Shown: positions 25,682 to 37,460, counted from the first letter of the stretch. The stretch: 64,000 nucleotides of DNA from Elsinoe ampelina (GCA_010093995.1 ML992508.1:902506-966505); one strand, 5' to 3'. Notes: generated by a model not told the origin, from the sequence alone. Program-made: numbers and translations.

Positions 25682-26617
25682 CTAGAATTCTCCCCACCAT
25701 CTCTGTCTCGTCACTTCCATTTTCATCTCTTCAGGCTTGACCTCGAGCACCTTGTCTACGACGTCTTGCCACCATAGCCGCCCAAGGTTTCCGTAACAAG
25801 CCGTGGTGTACTCCCAATAGTGCGGATACCAGCCGGAAAACTCCCAGTCGATGATGCCAGTGATCTTGTCGCCATCGACCATGATATTGAATGGGTTCAA
25901 GTCAGCATGGGTGAAGACAACGGGTGGCCAAGGTCCGTCGTGTTTGGCGTTCATGTCAAGCAGATCATTCCACTCTTCCTCCGTGTGCGAATGTTGTTCG
26001 ATCGCTGTGGGGTCGAAATTCTGTCGAAGCCAGCGGTGGAACTCCTGAATAGATGTCCAAGGTCCCATGCGCGGCTGACAGTGTGTGATGCGGCAATCTG
26101 TCAGAGAACCGCCGACACAGCTCTGTACGGCGTTCGGATTGGGAGGAGGGAGTGCCCTCAGCTCATCTAGCATGCCCTTCAGCTGGGTGAAGATCTTCTC
26201 CCGGGATGATGAGGACAGCTTGTTCCAGACTTGGGGAATGGGATGACCTCGCATCTTCTCCATCACGATATACGTCTTGCCATTGCGGACGAAGGCGCAG
26301 TAGACCTTGGGTACGGGTATGGAAGTTTTCGCCGCCACGAAAGCCATCGTTGCTGCCTCGGTGAGGTGGACGCGGGAACTTCTTTTGATGATTAGATGCG
26401 GAGAGACGGTGACACATACTCCGTAGCCTTGATTTATTCGACCGATGGTGGCGAGTGCGATGCGGGTGAGTGTTCGCTTGACTAGCGTATCATTGACGGC
26501 GAGACTTTTGGAGCCCTCATGCTGGGCTCGAGTCCCCCGTGCTTTCTCATCGCTTTCTGGACGATTGAGTTGCGATGGCACGGGTGATGGCGTCCCTGCA
26601 TCCGGCGGCGGTGTCAT
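25682..26617 (-). CDS. Aminoglycoside-phosphotransferase/kinase-like protein
   Basis: EAATMAFVAAKTSIPVPKVY, FTHADLNPFNIMV and GIIDWEFSGWYPHYWEY. Confidence 0.88.
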   Translation of the reverse strand: MTPPPDAGTPSPVPSQLNRPESDEKARGTRAQHEGSKSLAVNDTLVKRTLTRIALATIGRINQGYGVCVTVSPHLIIKRSSRVHLTEAATMAFVAAKTSIPVPKVYCAFVRNGKTYIVMEKMRGHPIPQVWNKLSSSSREKIFTQLKGMLDELRALPPPNPNAVQSCVGGSLTDCRITHCQPRMGPWTSIQEFHRWLRQNFDPTAIEQHSHTEEEWNDLLDMNAKHDGPWPPVVFTHADLNPFNIMVDGDKITGIIDWEFSGWYPHYWEYTTACYGNLGRLWWQDVVDKVLEVKPEEMKMEVTRQRWWGEF

Positions 26618-27064
26618 CTCTCTAACCCCAGGGCGAGGCGTTGGTGGTCATCCTTTTTCGAGCCGACCATTCTCACCTCATATACAATGCGGGTCCAGCT
26701 AGCTCCGATCAAGATGTGAAAATAACCTTAGACGATTCTCAGAGATAGGCGCCTCGCGAGCAATGTGATGATGCTCGCAGAACCATACCATGAAGACGGA
26801 CTTCACTTGGCGAAAGGGGTCCGAGCCCTGTAGCGTTTTTGTAATGGTTTTAGGATGTAACCTTCGCCCTCTGATTGGCTGGTCAAGTCGCCCCCATTTC
26901 ATCATTCGTTTTTGGGACGATTGAAAAATATATAGTGGAAGATGGAAATATTCATCTTTACATTTTGCAAGAACACTAGACGTCTGATCGGTCTGCGTGT
27001 CGTTACTGCATAGAGCAGACTGAAACACCACTATCGGCTTGACGAGCAACATTCGGACGCCGCC

Positions 27065-28339
27065 ATGAATGAAGTCGACCTAGACAAGCAAGAAAAAGGT
27101 GTCGCTGCATCGAAGCCAGACTGCGATACGTGTCCGTCAAACAAACTCGCCGTGTACAAAGGTCTCGGGTGGCTAGATCGCCTTCTTGCTCTTTGGATCC
27201 TTCTTGCCATCATAATTGGCATCCTCATTGGCAACTTCGTCGAAGATGCAGGACAGAATTTGCAGAAGGGAAAATTCGTGCAGGTCTCTGTTCCGATCGG
27301 TACGTGTCCCTCCACGAGCGTCGATCTACCCCCGTTCTAATATTATCAACAGCTGTCGGTCTGCTCGTCATGATGTACCCTATCCTTTGCAAGGTCAAAT
27401 ACGAGACGCTCCACAAAGTCTTCGCAAGCAGAGAGGTGTGGATACAGATGGGATTCAGTGTGATAGTGAATTGGATCGTGGCTCCTCTTCTAATGGTCAG
27501 TGAGGCTGAGCTAGTAGTGATACTCGAGACAACTGCTGACTTTGACCAGCTTGCTTTGGCGTGGGCTTTCCTGCCGGATGAGCAAGGCCTAAGACAGGGA
27601 TTAATCCTTGTAGGTATCGCAAGATGCATTGCCATGGTAAGAGATACTTCCGGACTGAATTACCAGAATGCTGAAGTGATCGCAGGTTTTGATATGGACC
27701 AACCTGGCCGGGGGAGATGAACAATATTGCGCAATCCTTGTCGCTGCCAATTCTATGCTCCAGATGATTCTCTTCGCACCACTAGCTGTGTTGTTCCTCC
27801 GAGTCATCAGTGGAGCTGAGGACGTCGTTGAAGTATCGTACTCGACTGTGGCTACCAGCGTCGGCGTCTTTCTTGGGATACCACTTGGAGCAGCTATAGT
27901 GACGCGACTCGTTGGGCGTGCGATAAACGCCGATTGGTACGATCAGGTATTTCTCAAGGTCATCGGTCCATTTTCACTCGTTGGGCTGCTCTACACCATC
28001 ATCATCTTGTTCGCGTCGCAAGGTCAGAGAGTTGTGGACCAGATCGTTTCAGTCGTGAGGGTGGCTGCGCCCTTGGTCGTATATTTTGCGATCATCTTTA
28101 TGGCCACTCTGTTCGTCACCCACCGGTTGGGTTTTGGCTACAAGCTTGCGGCAACACAAAGTTTCACAGCGGCAAGCAATAACTTCGAGCTTGCCATTGC
28201 TGTAGCTGTTGCAACGTTTGGGGCAGACTCGGACGAAGCCCTGGCGGCGACGGTCGGCCCCCTGATCGAGGTTCCAGTCTTGATTGGCCTGGTCTATGTT
28301 GTGAGGTGGTTTGCGGCCAAGCGCGGATGGGTACCGTAG
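27065..28339 (+). CDS. ACR3: Arsenite efflux transporter, ACR3 family (introns ~27300-27352, 27496-27549, 27637-27685)
   Basis: LDRLLALWI, GLLVMMYPILCKV, NWIVAP, ARCIAMV, FTAASNNFELAIAVAVATFG and GPLIEVPVL. Confidence 0.93.
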
Positions 28340-28552
28340 TACTACCAAACCAATAATTGTAACCAGAATCAATGTCGGTGCTATCAGAACCTCTATCGGG
28401 ACTTCCAGGTTCGCTGTCCGAATGTCATACGCTTCATATTGCCAGGCATAGTACTACCAGAATCCACGGTACTACCAGGATTTGTAGTACTACCAGAAAC
28501 GCGGTCTGTCTGGTCAACACAATCTGATCGGTGATAGGAACTACCAGAGCCG
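28340..28552. repeat. Degenerate ~18-20 bp tandem repeat, core ACTACCAG(A/G)
   Basis: Cores at ~28341, 28360, 28380, 28401, 28453, 28471, 28489 and 28540. The core matches the 3121-3200 repeat. Confidence 0.7.
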
Positions 28553-28633
28553 TTGCCTTGCGCCCAGTTTCTTGACGAAGGTCCGAGTCAAGGCGCTCTT
28601 GATCCAATCCGAATCTTTCGATCACGACCAGAA

Positions 28634-29227
28634 TCATGACAATTCGAAGACAATGCTGCTCTTGACCATGCATTTCTGTGATTGCGAACAGCCCAGCTCG
28701 GGAAAGATCTCAGACGCATTAGCCGCTCCTCTCATGGAAGCAATGACTTGCGCAGCCTCTTCGCAGGATATATGATCAGTGTAGACACCGTTCCGGTTTG
28801 TGGTAGCTATCGCGATCTCTGCAGATTCGGCATTCATCTCTAGATTCGGAGCGACCGTTTGCGCTGGTGGCGAGCGCTGAGTTGGAGAGAGTGTTGGCGT
28901 AGCAAGCTGCTGATGACTGCGTGCTTGGCTCGTAGACTTTGGCTTCGCGATATGCTCTGGCTGTGTTGTCGATTTGCTTGCCTCTAATTGCGACTTCACA
29001 AAAGCTTCAATCTCAGCTGGCTGCGCACCATGTTGAGCTAGAAGCTTTCTCAGGGCTTGATTTTCAGCAACAACATGCCGCGCGGCGCTCTGCACTTCTA
29101 CTGAGGCTTGCACGCCTTGACGCTCATAAGTGCGCAGACGGTCTTCCAGATCTGTCAAATACTCCTTTCGGCGAGCTCTGCTACGTTGCTGCTTGAGCCG
29201 GTTGCGCTCCGCATCAGTCAACTTCAT
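28634..29227 (-). CDS. bZIP transcription factor with C-terminal Cys-containing domain
   Basis: Basic region RNRLKQQRSRARRKEYLTDLEDRL, zipper-like VAENQALRKLL, and C-terminal SCEEAAQVI...LGC...KCMVKSSIVFEL. Confidence 0.85.
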   Translation of the reverse strand: MKLTDAERNRLKQQRSRARRKEYLTDLEDRLRTYERQGVQASVEVQSAARHVVAENQALRKLLAQHGAQPAEIEAFVKSQLEASKSTTQPEHIAKPKSTSQARSHQQLATPTLSPTQRSPPAQTVAPNLEMNAESAEIAIATTNRNGVYTDHISCEEAAQVIASMRGAANASEIFPELGCSQSQKCMVKSSIVFELS

Positions 29228-29469
29228 CGTATTAGCCTATCCACATCGTGACATGCTCGTACACTCACTTTCGACGACATTCTGCAATGTCATACACAAA
29301 CATGGGGGAGAAGGTGCGAGCTGGGATGCGACTAAAACTTTGCTTGAGCAGAGACATGGCGTCTACCGCGGCTGTCTGGCGGCTAAATTTTGTAAACCCC
29401 GCCAAATCCCGAGCTTGAGAAAATGTCAAGCCATTCGCAAGAGAAGTCTTGCACATCTCAGTTCCTCTG

Positions 29470-31587
29470 ATGGATCCTTTACAGATTCTGACAAGGTCTG
29501 CGAAGCCTGTCAGGCGTCATGCGACTGCTCGCTCCGGAACGACACCCTCGAATGGACCTGTCAGTAACCCTCAGCTATACGCCAATAGCGACTCCGTCTC
29601 GAACAGTCGCAAGAGGAAACGAGGATCCGATAGTCACGTAGAGCTAGGCTCGAATGGTATAGACTTCTTCGACCATGGGGGAAACTCCAATGGCACAACA
29701 CATGACCGTGAGGATGCCGAACCTGGAGCAGAGAGCGAATCGGAGGAAGAGCCACGGGCCCAGATGGACGTTGATGAGCGCAAGAGAATACTCCGACAGC
29801 ATAAGCTGAAAGTCACACTCTTGGATGCAAAACAAGAAACTAAGGTTGGTTATTTGGGGCAGAGACAAGAGCAGAAAAAGAAGAAGAAGCGAAAGGAGGG
29901 CTCGGAAGACAAGAAGGACCCAAAGACTGCCGACCAAATCTACCCAGAACCGCTTGAGCACTTTCGACAACTGGGTAGAAGGTACAATGTAGCTGGATCA
30001 CTAGTACGGAATGTTCTGGACCAGGGCTTTACTCTACCAACTGAAGTGCAGATGGCAAGCCTGCCACTCTTACTAGGCGGTCTCCCCACCACGGACTACG
30101 AGATGGCGGACCAGACGTGGCCATCTCAAGCATCTACCGCCATGGATCTGCTAACAATAGCACCGACTGGCAGCGGAAAGACACTGGCTTTTCTCATCCC
30201 CCTTCTTGAAAGGCTGCAAAAGAACACAGGGCAGGGGACAGCGAAGGGTAGTGGTCCTAGAGCGGTGATCCTGGTACCCACCAAAGAACTCGTCAACCAG
30301 ATCGTGAACGAAGGGCGGAAGCTTGCTATCGACCTAGACATTGATATCTCAGCAGCTCGTAAAGGTATACACCTGACTTCGCCCTCGGTCGACGACGAAG
30401 ACACAGCAAGCCTCGTGGCGAATAAGATTCCCGACATTGTGGTAGCCACTCCTCTTGCTTTGGTACATCTGCTCGAAGGCGAGGTCGTGGCAAATGGTAC
30501 ACCCGACACATCAACAGGGAAATCGCAGAGCACACATCAAGTGCTACCGTCGGTCGAGTACTTGATATTAGACGAGGCCGATGTCCTCCTCGACCCATTG
30601 TTCACGGCGCAAACTCTCAATGTCGTCAGATGCCTCACTTCTCCGAACCTCTCAATCTCCTTCTGGTCAGCCACCATCTCCTCCAGCATCGAGACACAGG
30701 TCCAATCTCTGCTATCTCGCTCGCCACACCCACTTGTCCGGCTCGTGGTAGGTCTGAAAGACTCCGCCGTACCCAACATCACCCACCGCCTCACCTACTG
30801 CGCCACCGAGCGCGGCAAACTCCTCGCTCTTCGCGACCTGCTGGTACCCAAATCAACGCCATCCGGCCCCTCGCTCCGCGCCCCCTTCCTCGTCTTCACC
30901 CAGACCATCGAACGCTGCACGGCCCTTCATAAAGAGCTCAAATACGACATCCCCGTCTCCGCGGGTGGAAGCAGCAGGATCGCAGTCCTGCATTCAGAGC
31001 TGCCGGACAGAGTTCGTGACAAGATCCTGACCAACTTCCGGAAAGGAGACATCTGGGTGCTCATCACTACTGATCTGCTTGCACGAGGCGTTGACTTCCG
31101 CGGCGTCAACGGGGTAGTCAACTACGACGTCCCGACCAGTGCCGCGGGGTATGTCCATCGTGTCGGCCGCACGGGTCGAGCTGGTAGAGAGGGTGGTGTG
31201 GCTGTGACGCTATACACCAAAGAAGACGTCAAGTACGTCAAGGTCGTTGCAAACGTCATTGCTGCTGCAGAGAAGGCTAGGGGTAAGTCGTTGGGCGACG
31301 GGGAGAAGGGAGTGGAGCAATGGTTGCTTGACGCTTTGCCGGATGTGAGCAAAGAAGACAGGAAGAAGCTCAAGAAGCATGGCGTGGAGGAGAGGCGTAA
31401 GGGGAAGAAGGAGGGGAGGATCGAGACGAGAGGTGGATGGCAGAGGAAGGCGGACCACAGAAAGAGGGATATGGTTGGGGCGTCGAAACGAGCGAAGGAG
31501 AGGGAGGGTAAAGTAGAAGGGACCGTGAAGGAGGTGATCGCGAATGGTAAATCAGAGGACAGCGACTTTGGAGGCTTCGACGATTGA
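29470..31587 (+). CDS. ROK1: DEAD-box rRNA-processing RNA helicase Rok1/DDX52
   Basis: PTEVQM, APTGSGKTLAF, PTKEL, LILDEAD, FWSATI, FTQTIER, TTDLLARGVDFRGVNGVVNYD and HRVGRTGRAGR. The likely start is MDPLQILTRS at 29470. Confidence 0.92.
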   Translation: MDPLQILTRSAKPVRRHATARSGTTPSNGPVSNPQLYANSDSVSNSRKRKRGSDSHVELGSNGIDFFDHGGNSNGTTHDREDAEPGAESESEEEPRAQMDVDERKRILRQHKLKVTLLDAKQETKVGYLGQRQEQKKKKKRKEGSEDKKDPKTADQIYPEPLEHFRQLGRRYNVAGSLVRNVLDQGFTLPTEVQMASLPLLLGGLPTTDYEMADQTWPSQASTAMDLLTIAPTGSGKTLAFLIPLLERLQKNTGQGTAKGSGPRAVILVPTKELVNQIVNEGRKLAIDLDIDISAARKGIHLTSPSVDDEDTASLVANKIPDIVVATPLALVHLLEGEVVANGTPDTSTGKSQSTHQVLPSVEYLILDEADVLLDPLFTAQTLNVVRCLTSPNLSISFWSATISSSIETQVQSLLSRSPHPLVRLVVGLKDSAVPNITHRLTYCATERGKLLALRDLLVPKSTPSGPSLRAPFLVFTQTIERCTALHKELKYDIPVSAGGSSRIAVLHSELPDRVRDKILTNFRKGDIWVLITTDLLARGVDFRGVNGVVNYDVPTSAAGYVHRVGRTGRAGREGGVAVTLYTKEDVKYVKVVANVIAAAEKARGKSLGDGEKGVEQWLLDALPDVSKEDRKKLKKHGVEERRKGKKEGRIETRGGWQRKADHRKRDMVGASKRAKEREGKVEGTVKEVIANGKSEDSDFGGFDD

Positions 31588-31603
31588 GTATGTACATTCT
31601 ACG

Positions 31604-32386
31604 CTATTGTAGGTTTACAAACAGTCCGCCATCAACCAGTAGCTGCGCCCCACTGACGTAGCTCGACAAGTCGCTGGCAAGGAAGATGGCTGGGCCGGCA
31701 AGGTCCACAGGCTGTCCCAGTCGTCCTAGGGGGATCCTGCCCTCCATGTACTCCTTCTTCGCAGGATCACTGAGGTCCTCGTCGTTGAGCTGCGTCCGGA
31801 TCGTCCCCGGAAGCAAGGCGTTGCATCTGATGTTATACTTGCCCAACGCACAAGCAGTCGACTGCATCAAGCTCAAAATCCCTGCTTTCGTGGGCGTGTA
31901 GTGCGTTTGGCCTGCGCCGCCGACCAGAGCGCTAATGGATGATACCCCGATGATGCTACCTCCTGGCGGCGACTGCTGGGACATCTGCCTCGCTGCTGCT
32001 TGTACGGCATAGTATGCTCCCACGAGATTGATGTTCACGGTCGACGTGAGTAGCTCCGGTGGTAGATTGAGGAAGTCGTGGAATTGGCACACCCCGGCGT
32101 TGCTGACGAAGACGTCAAGCTTGCCCCATTTCTTGACTGTCTGGTTGACCAAGTCTGTGGCGGTTTCTGGTTTGGCGATGTCTCCTGGTATGGCGAAGAG
32201 GTTGTCTGGGCTTGATGCTGAGCTGTGCATTTCTTTGTATTGCGAGGAGGACTTTTCGTCTGGGTAGTGGTTTACGCATACTTTGGCGCCGTGCTTGAGG
32301 TATTCGAGTGCAATGGCTTTGCCGATGCCGGTGACTGCGCCGGTCACGATGGCCACTTTGTTGGTGAGAAGCGCAGGAGATGCCAT
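31604..32386 (-). CDS. Short-chain dehydrogenase, L-rhamnose 1-dehydrogenase-like
   Basis: TGAVTGIG, SNAGVCQFHDFL, SSISALVGG, QTHYTPTKAG (YxxxK) and LLVDGGLFVNLQ, matching my recollection of fungal LRA1/LraA. Confidence 0.85.
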   Translation of the reverse strand: MASPALLTNKVAIVTGAVTGIGKAIALEYLKHGAKVCVNHYPDEKSSSQYKEMHSSASSPDNLFAIPGDIAKPETATDLVNQTVKKWGKLDVFVSNAGVCQFHDFLNLPPELLTSTVNINLVGAYYAVQAAARQMSQQSPPGGSIIGVSSISALVGGAGQTHYTPTKAGILSLMQSTACALGKYNIRCNALLPGTIRTQLNDEDLSDPAKKEYMEGRIPLGRLGQPVDLAGPAIFLASDLSSYVSGAQLLVDGGLFVNLQ

Positions 32387-33433
32387 GTTTGCACCAATCC
32401 GTCCTCTGTTCGTGGTGATGGGGGGCTCGGATGAGACGGTCCCGAGTATAGCTTCGAGATCGTGGCCGTGTCACTGTGCACAAAGGATATGAAGTGGGAT
32501 AGCTGGTCTCTATAGACACACACAAACAGTGATCTAATCGTCTGTCTATGATGAAATCTGTACAAACCATGTGCAAAGAGAACATTCTTCATAGTGGGGT
32601 CTATACCAAGGTGCGCTTTCGGTCGTCCTTGACCCGAAACGCCGAAAAGGGAAAAGCATATCCGAGACAGTCGACCTCATCTCAACTTCTTCTAATCACA
32701 TCAACATGGATTTTTCAAGAGGCGATTCCATTCACAACAGTAGCTATACGAACTGTTGGAGTGGCTCGATATCGGACTAGCAGGAAATGTCATGTCGACT
32801 CGATCGCTTCGACGCCCTGGCGAGTGGGCCTCCGCTCATACTCGGTGTGCGGCTGCTCGATCTCGAGTTCATACTGTAGACATGCTTGCTAAGCGCCAGG
32901 AAAGTAGGTAACACTTTCGGACCATCATATGGACGTTTTGTGTTCGATGTGCTTCAGGCCAACGCATCTGTGTATGGTGTCACAACAGCAGATGGGTTCA
33001 CAGATATGTCACCAGCCGAGATGAGGACCCCAGTTGCCGTACACAACGTAGACCATGCGTCCAATTCCCCGATCTGAGTTTGTATGGATGATTTCGGCTT
33101 GCCTGAAGTCTTCGAAGGGCCAATCATATCATCTGGTTGCGTTCCTTGTGCATCCCTGTCAGACCTGGTAGATTGCAGGTATACCAGGATCTTGTCAAGC
33201 AATCGTCAGCAGGCGCACCTCAACATATGCAAGATCATTCTCAAGCAAAATTCAGGGCTTCCAAGCAGCCTGGTCTGGCTCTGCGTCGACAGCGCTTCTT
33301 GCGAGGGTGCCCTGCAATTTGCAGGTCGACGATCCTTATGTCGCCATCATGCTGATATAAAGCGGACTCAGCGCTGAGATGACCCCAAGTTCAGCGACCA
33401 GACCGACTTTCCTCAGCTCCGACACAGCTCAAG

Positions 33434-33787
33434 ATGTGTATTGTAGATCTCAGGATTGCTCAGTCATACACCAAGTGTGATCACAGGACAGTTGCATGGG
33501 ACACTTTCCCCATGGATGACGAGTGTCCGGAGGCGACCAGGACGGGGCATCCCTGCCCGGAGCCGATCCTTCGCTTGACGGAGGACAAGATTGATGGCGT
33601 GTGTCCAAGGTGCCAACAGGTTTGTTGCCGCGCACTCTCGTTGGTTCTAAGCAGCATCTGACATTACCAGGAAGCAGAGAGAAAGCACGAGAGACGAGCC
33701 AATGGTGATACAAGCAATGACAAAGACCCGGATCCCCCGAGCGAATCTCAGCCAGTGGATGAGGACGAGTGGATTTTCTATACATGA
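33434..33787 (+). CDS. Array copy 1: Cys6/His micro-protein (intron 33620-33670)
   Basis: MCIVDLRIAQSYTKCDH...ECPEATRTGHPC...GVCPRCQQ | EAERKHERRANGDTSNDKDPDPPSESQPVDEDEWIFYT*. Confidence 0.82.
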
Positions 33788-34108
33788 CAAGGTCCTCAGG
33801 ATGAGGCCCGCGCATGTCACGCTCGCCCATCTGGTCAGTGTTAGACGTCTTCGCTGCTTTCGTCTTTTTTGATCATTTCACCGGAACACATCTATATCAA
33901 CTCACCGATTTCAATTTTGAGCGCTCTCCTTGCATGTTTCAACCGCCAACGACTATCCACCAACTTTTCTCGACGAGACTATATCTTGTGGGAATCACAG
34001 CACGTCATCGATTTCACCTAACGCCTCCTCTGTACTACTACAATACTCGAAGTTTCACTCTTGCAATACCAAAATTAATACATCCCTACCTCAAGTATTG
34101 CATCAGCA

Positions 34109-34413
34109 ATGTGCACCGCTCAAAGACCAAGTCAAGTCACGTACGGTAGATGCAGACACGTCTACATGGCACCGATGACGCAAACATTCCGCCCTTGTCT
34201 GCGTGCACGCAAACGTGGGTTCATCTGCCAACGCTTCAGATTCTTCACGAACGAGCCAATCACTATCGAGACGTATTGCTCGGCCTGTGTGAGAATCGCC
34301 CAACGGGACAGAAGGAACATCACTAATAATATTAGATTCGGAAAGGTGCATTGGTGGCTGTTGATGAGCAAGCGCTCGATGAGTTTGTACGAAGTGGAGC
34401 ATCCAGGCAGTGA
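34109..34413 (+). CDS. Array copy 2 (intron 34289-34335)
   Basis: MCTAQRPSQVTYGRCRH...PCLRARKRGFIC...TYCSAC | IRKGALVAVDEQALDEFVRSGASRQ*. Intron reads GTGAGA...CTAAT...TAG. Confidence 0.78.
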
Positions 34414-34769
34414 GAGGAGACGGAAGATTGTTTCATGGTCATGTTGTACTACATGGCGGAAGAAGACGGTTGGAGCTTAAAATGAGAGGACACCTTCCAC
34501 GTTCACAGTGGGGGAGGCATCACTATCAGACATGGAAGCGTTTGAATCGATTGGACGACCATATAAGTCAACGTTTGGTATGTACTACAACCAGTTTCTT
34601 TGTTGATGCGATCCAAAGTACTCTGGACAGCATACATAAGACACCATGAATGCCGCCCAGACGACTAAAGTTCAAACACTCCTCTCTTCTCGAGCTCATA
34701 CCATAAATCTCCTTCGCCTCTCTACCTACAGTACACCAACACTCATCTGTCGCACTTCTCTCCGAAATC

Positions 34770-35048
34770 ATGTGCGAACTCCGACGACAACCAATCATCC
34801 GCTTCCAGTGCGGCCACGAACAACAGCCATTCACCGAGGAACGGTTCTTCGTGGCCTGTCGGGAGGCTCGCCGACGGGCCAGAGACTGCGATCGACCAAG
34901 GTTGGTCGAGCCTACGATCATGCAACGAGGAAATTGCATGTCCTGCGAGGCTCGGGTAAGTCTGATGAGGATCAATATGAGTGGCTACTGACCTCTTCAG
35001 CGACTGGTCGAGGAGACTATCAGAAGGAAACTGCTGGCCAAGAAGTAG
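34770..35048 (+). CDS. Array copy 3 (intron 34956-35000)
   Basis: MCELRRQPIIRFQCGH...ACREARRRARDC...GNCMSCEAR | RLVEETIRRKLLAKK*. Intron reads GTAAGT...CTGAC...CAG. Confidence 0.85.
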
Positions 35049-35508
35049 CTTAGCCGTCCTCGACAGTAGCTTGGACATGGGAAATGTTCGAAGCTTGCGA
35101 TTTCTGATAGTTTGTTTCAAGAGCGTGACGAATAGATCGTATTTCCGTCCCGTCACAAGTTTGTACGCATTGCTAGACCTTAGTCGAGTCCACCGTGTCA
35201 TGTGCATGGAGAAGTGCCGTCCGTAGCGAAGTACTGGATGCGCTGGATGTGTGTCCCACAATGTCTCCAACGCATTCGCGTCTCACAAACCGATCCTCCC
35301 AGACCTACCATTACGTATCTCCCGATGCCCTGGCAACACAACCCCATCGCTGATCATGACCATCACACTCCATGGTCTCTTAATCCGCCACAGGGCATAA
35401 AGTCTCTCCTCTCGAATCTGTCACTCCTGCTCCCTCACCGACATTCTTACCCTGACCATCTTCACCTACTTCCCCAAGCCCCCACCAATCCGCCCCTGAC
35501 CAACGACA

Positions 35509-35772
35509 ATGTGCACCTCCTACCAAGTCGGCACCATGACCTTCTCAGACTGTCCCCACACGTACCCAATGCCACAGCAAGAGGCGCGCTTCGAGCGCTG
35601 CCCCAGAGCGGTACGGAGGGGGGTCAATTGCACGAGACCGAGGACACATCACCAGACGGGGCTGAATTTCAGAGGGACGTGTTTGGCTTGTATCACGGTA
35701 TGTATCATGCTTGTCCCAGAAGAATTATGGAGATCGGGCTGATGATTCTAGGAGGAGATCAAGAAGAAATGA
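35509..35772 (+). CDS. Array copy 4 (intron 35698-35751)
   Basis: MCTSYQVGTMTFSDCPH...RCPRAVRRGVNC...GTCLACIT | EEIKKK*. Intron reads GTATGT...CTGAT...TAG. Confidence 0.83.
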
Positions 35773-36021
35773 GCACTGGGTGTTGTGGTGACAACGGATT
35801 TGGATGCTGAGAGTGTTACTCTACAGAAGGAGGGGAGAGTGTTTGTGACGCAGCCAGCAATCAGGGCAGACAATTGGATTGTCACTCTTTGCCTTGTGTT
35901 GTCGAGGAGAACAGTGGACAAGACCATAAAACAGAGAGAACGCGCCCCCGTAAACAGATTCATCTGCACAATCACTCACCATTACCGCTACAGCCTTACC
36001 CTTGAGTTCCCCCCCGCGAGC

Positions 36022-36286
36022 ATGTGCTTCTGGTGTACACCCCTCTTCATCAAGTGGTACAGCTGCCCCCATACCATGATCAGAGGCAATCCAAATGGAG
36101 AGATCGAGTGGTGTGCTCGAGCGCTAGCCCGAAGAGGGCCTTGCAAGAATCCACAGACCAAGGTGCGGGGGACGGAGTATCATGGGACGAGATGTCCGGC
36201 TTGTCAGCAGGTGGGCAGACTTGCTAGAACGATGGCGTTCAGCTGACTGGAAGTAGAGGTATGACCAGGCTCGACCGAAGAAATGA
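36022..36286 (+). CDS. Array copy 5 (intron 36211-36256)
   Basis: MCFWCTPLFIKWYSCPH...WCARALARRGPC...TRCPACQQ | RYDQARPKK*. Confidence 0.82.
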
Positions 36287-36851
36287 GATTGGCCGCGTGT
36301 CCGAAAGTGGTGTTGGGGAGATCCAGGCGCCGTCATAGCTATCCACGGAGCAGATCTCAACGGCGTAGCGAGATCTGCTTGAGCCTGTGAGGTTGATGTC
36401 GTGCAGGAATACAGCCTTGACAGGGGTTTGTTTCAGTAGACGAGAAGTCTGGTGTATGAATGCCGTGGGTAGCACATGTGTTGTCATTGTGTGACGTTGG
36501 ACTCCCGCACCTGGCGTATGCGGCTAGTGCGGGCGAACGAGCCGCCAGACGAACAATTTGAGGCTGATCTTACGTTTCATAGTTGTGGTCTTGGGATTTC
36601 TGGTGGGCCCATGCAAGTCACCAAAAACTCCACTCCACCAGGTAGAGAGCTCCTGAATGGAGAGCTTGCTTGGCCCAACGGACCGAATGGTGCTCGCTGT
36701 GTGTTATGGGGTACATCGAACGGCCGGCATCTGAGAAATCCAAGCGTGGACTTGCTTTGGGCATCATTACCTATAAGGAACAAAATGCCCTGAGCAGCTT
36801 GATTTGAAGTGTGCAGCCGAAAGAACAGAAGTGAACACTCGCCAGATTATT

Positions 36852-37155
36852 ATGTGTATCCAGAACAAGCCAGGTCTAATCAGATACGACTGTGGTCATG
36901 CCTCAGAACGCATCCTGAAACTTGTACCACTGGTGCTTTGTGCAGCCGCCCTGCAACGAAATCGGACATGCGCACACGTGACCATTCGACGGGAAGAAGA
37001 GCAGAAGGTCCGAGGGTTGTGCTCGACCTGTACCAAAGTGGTAGATGCTCCAACTGTGGAAAGCTTCCAAGCGCTGACTGTGACAGGCGTTGGTTCAAGA
37101 TACCAGGGAGGCGAGAAAGCGATGGCAAGGTAATCAGTCAAGGACATGGAATTGA
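36852..37155 (+). CDS. Array copy 6 (intron 37038-37086)
   Basis: MCIQNKPGLIRYDCGH...LCAAALQRNRTC...GLCSTCTK | ALVQDTREARKRWQGNQSRTWN*. The donor GTGGTA is weak, and the unspliced ORF ends at 37133. Confidence 0.78.
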
Positions 37156-37460
37156 TTCCGTGGAGATGAGAGTTGGAACAAAGCAAAGCAAATGTCGAAG
37201 CAAATTTGTGCTCCTCCAGTCTCTGCGTCTTGTACCCCTGTGTTTGAGCTCTGCGTCTTGAGGTAAGTAATTGTGCTATTTCGACTCTCGAAAATCCGGG
37301 CCATACAGTTGACGCTCTACACAACCGTGACCATGGAAGGAATCTCGGATCACGATCTTTCGAGTCTGGGATCACTGTATAATAAGAAAGTTATCTCGAC
37401 TGTTCCATGCCGTGAGAGCTGAGTAGCGATTCCCAAGATTATCTCAGACCTTACGGAAAG

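Noticed and set aside
35200..35280. ATG-TGC start MCMEKCRP* inside the array
   Set aside because: It stops after 8 codons and no CxH/C/C/CxxC spacing can be recovered in nearby frames.
36476..36793. ORF beginning MCCHC within the array
   Set aside because: It lacks the family spacing and the intron, so it is probably a chance ORF in a spacer.
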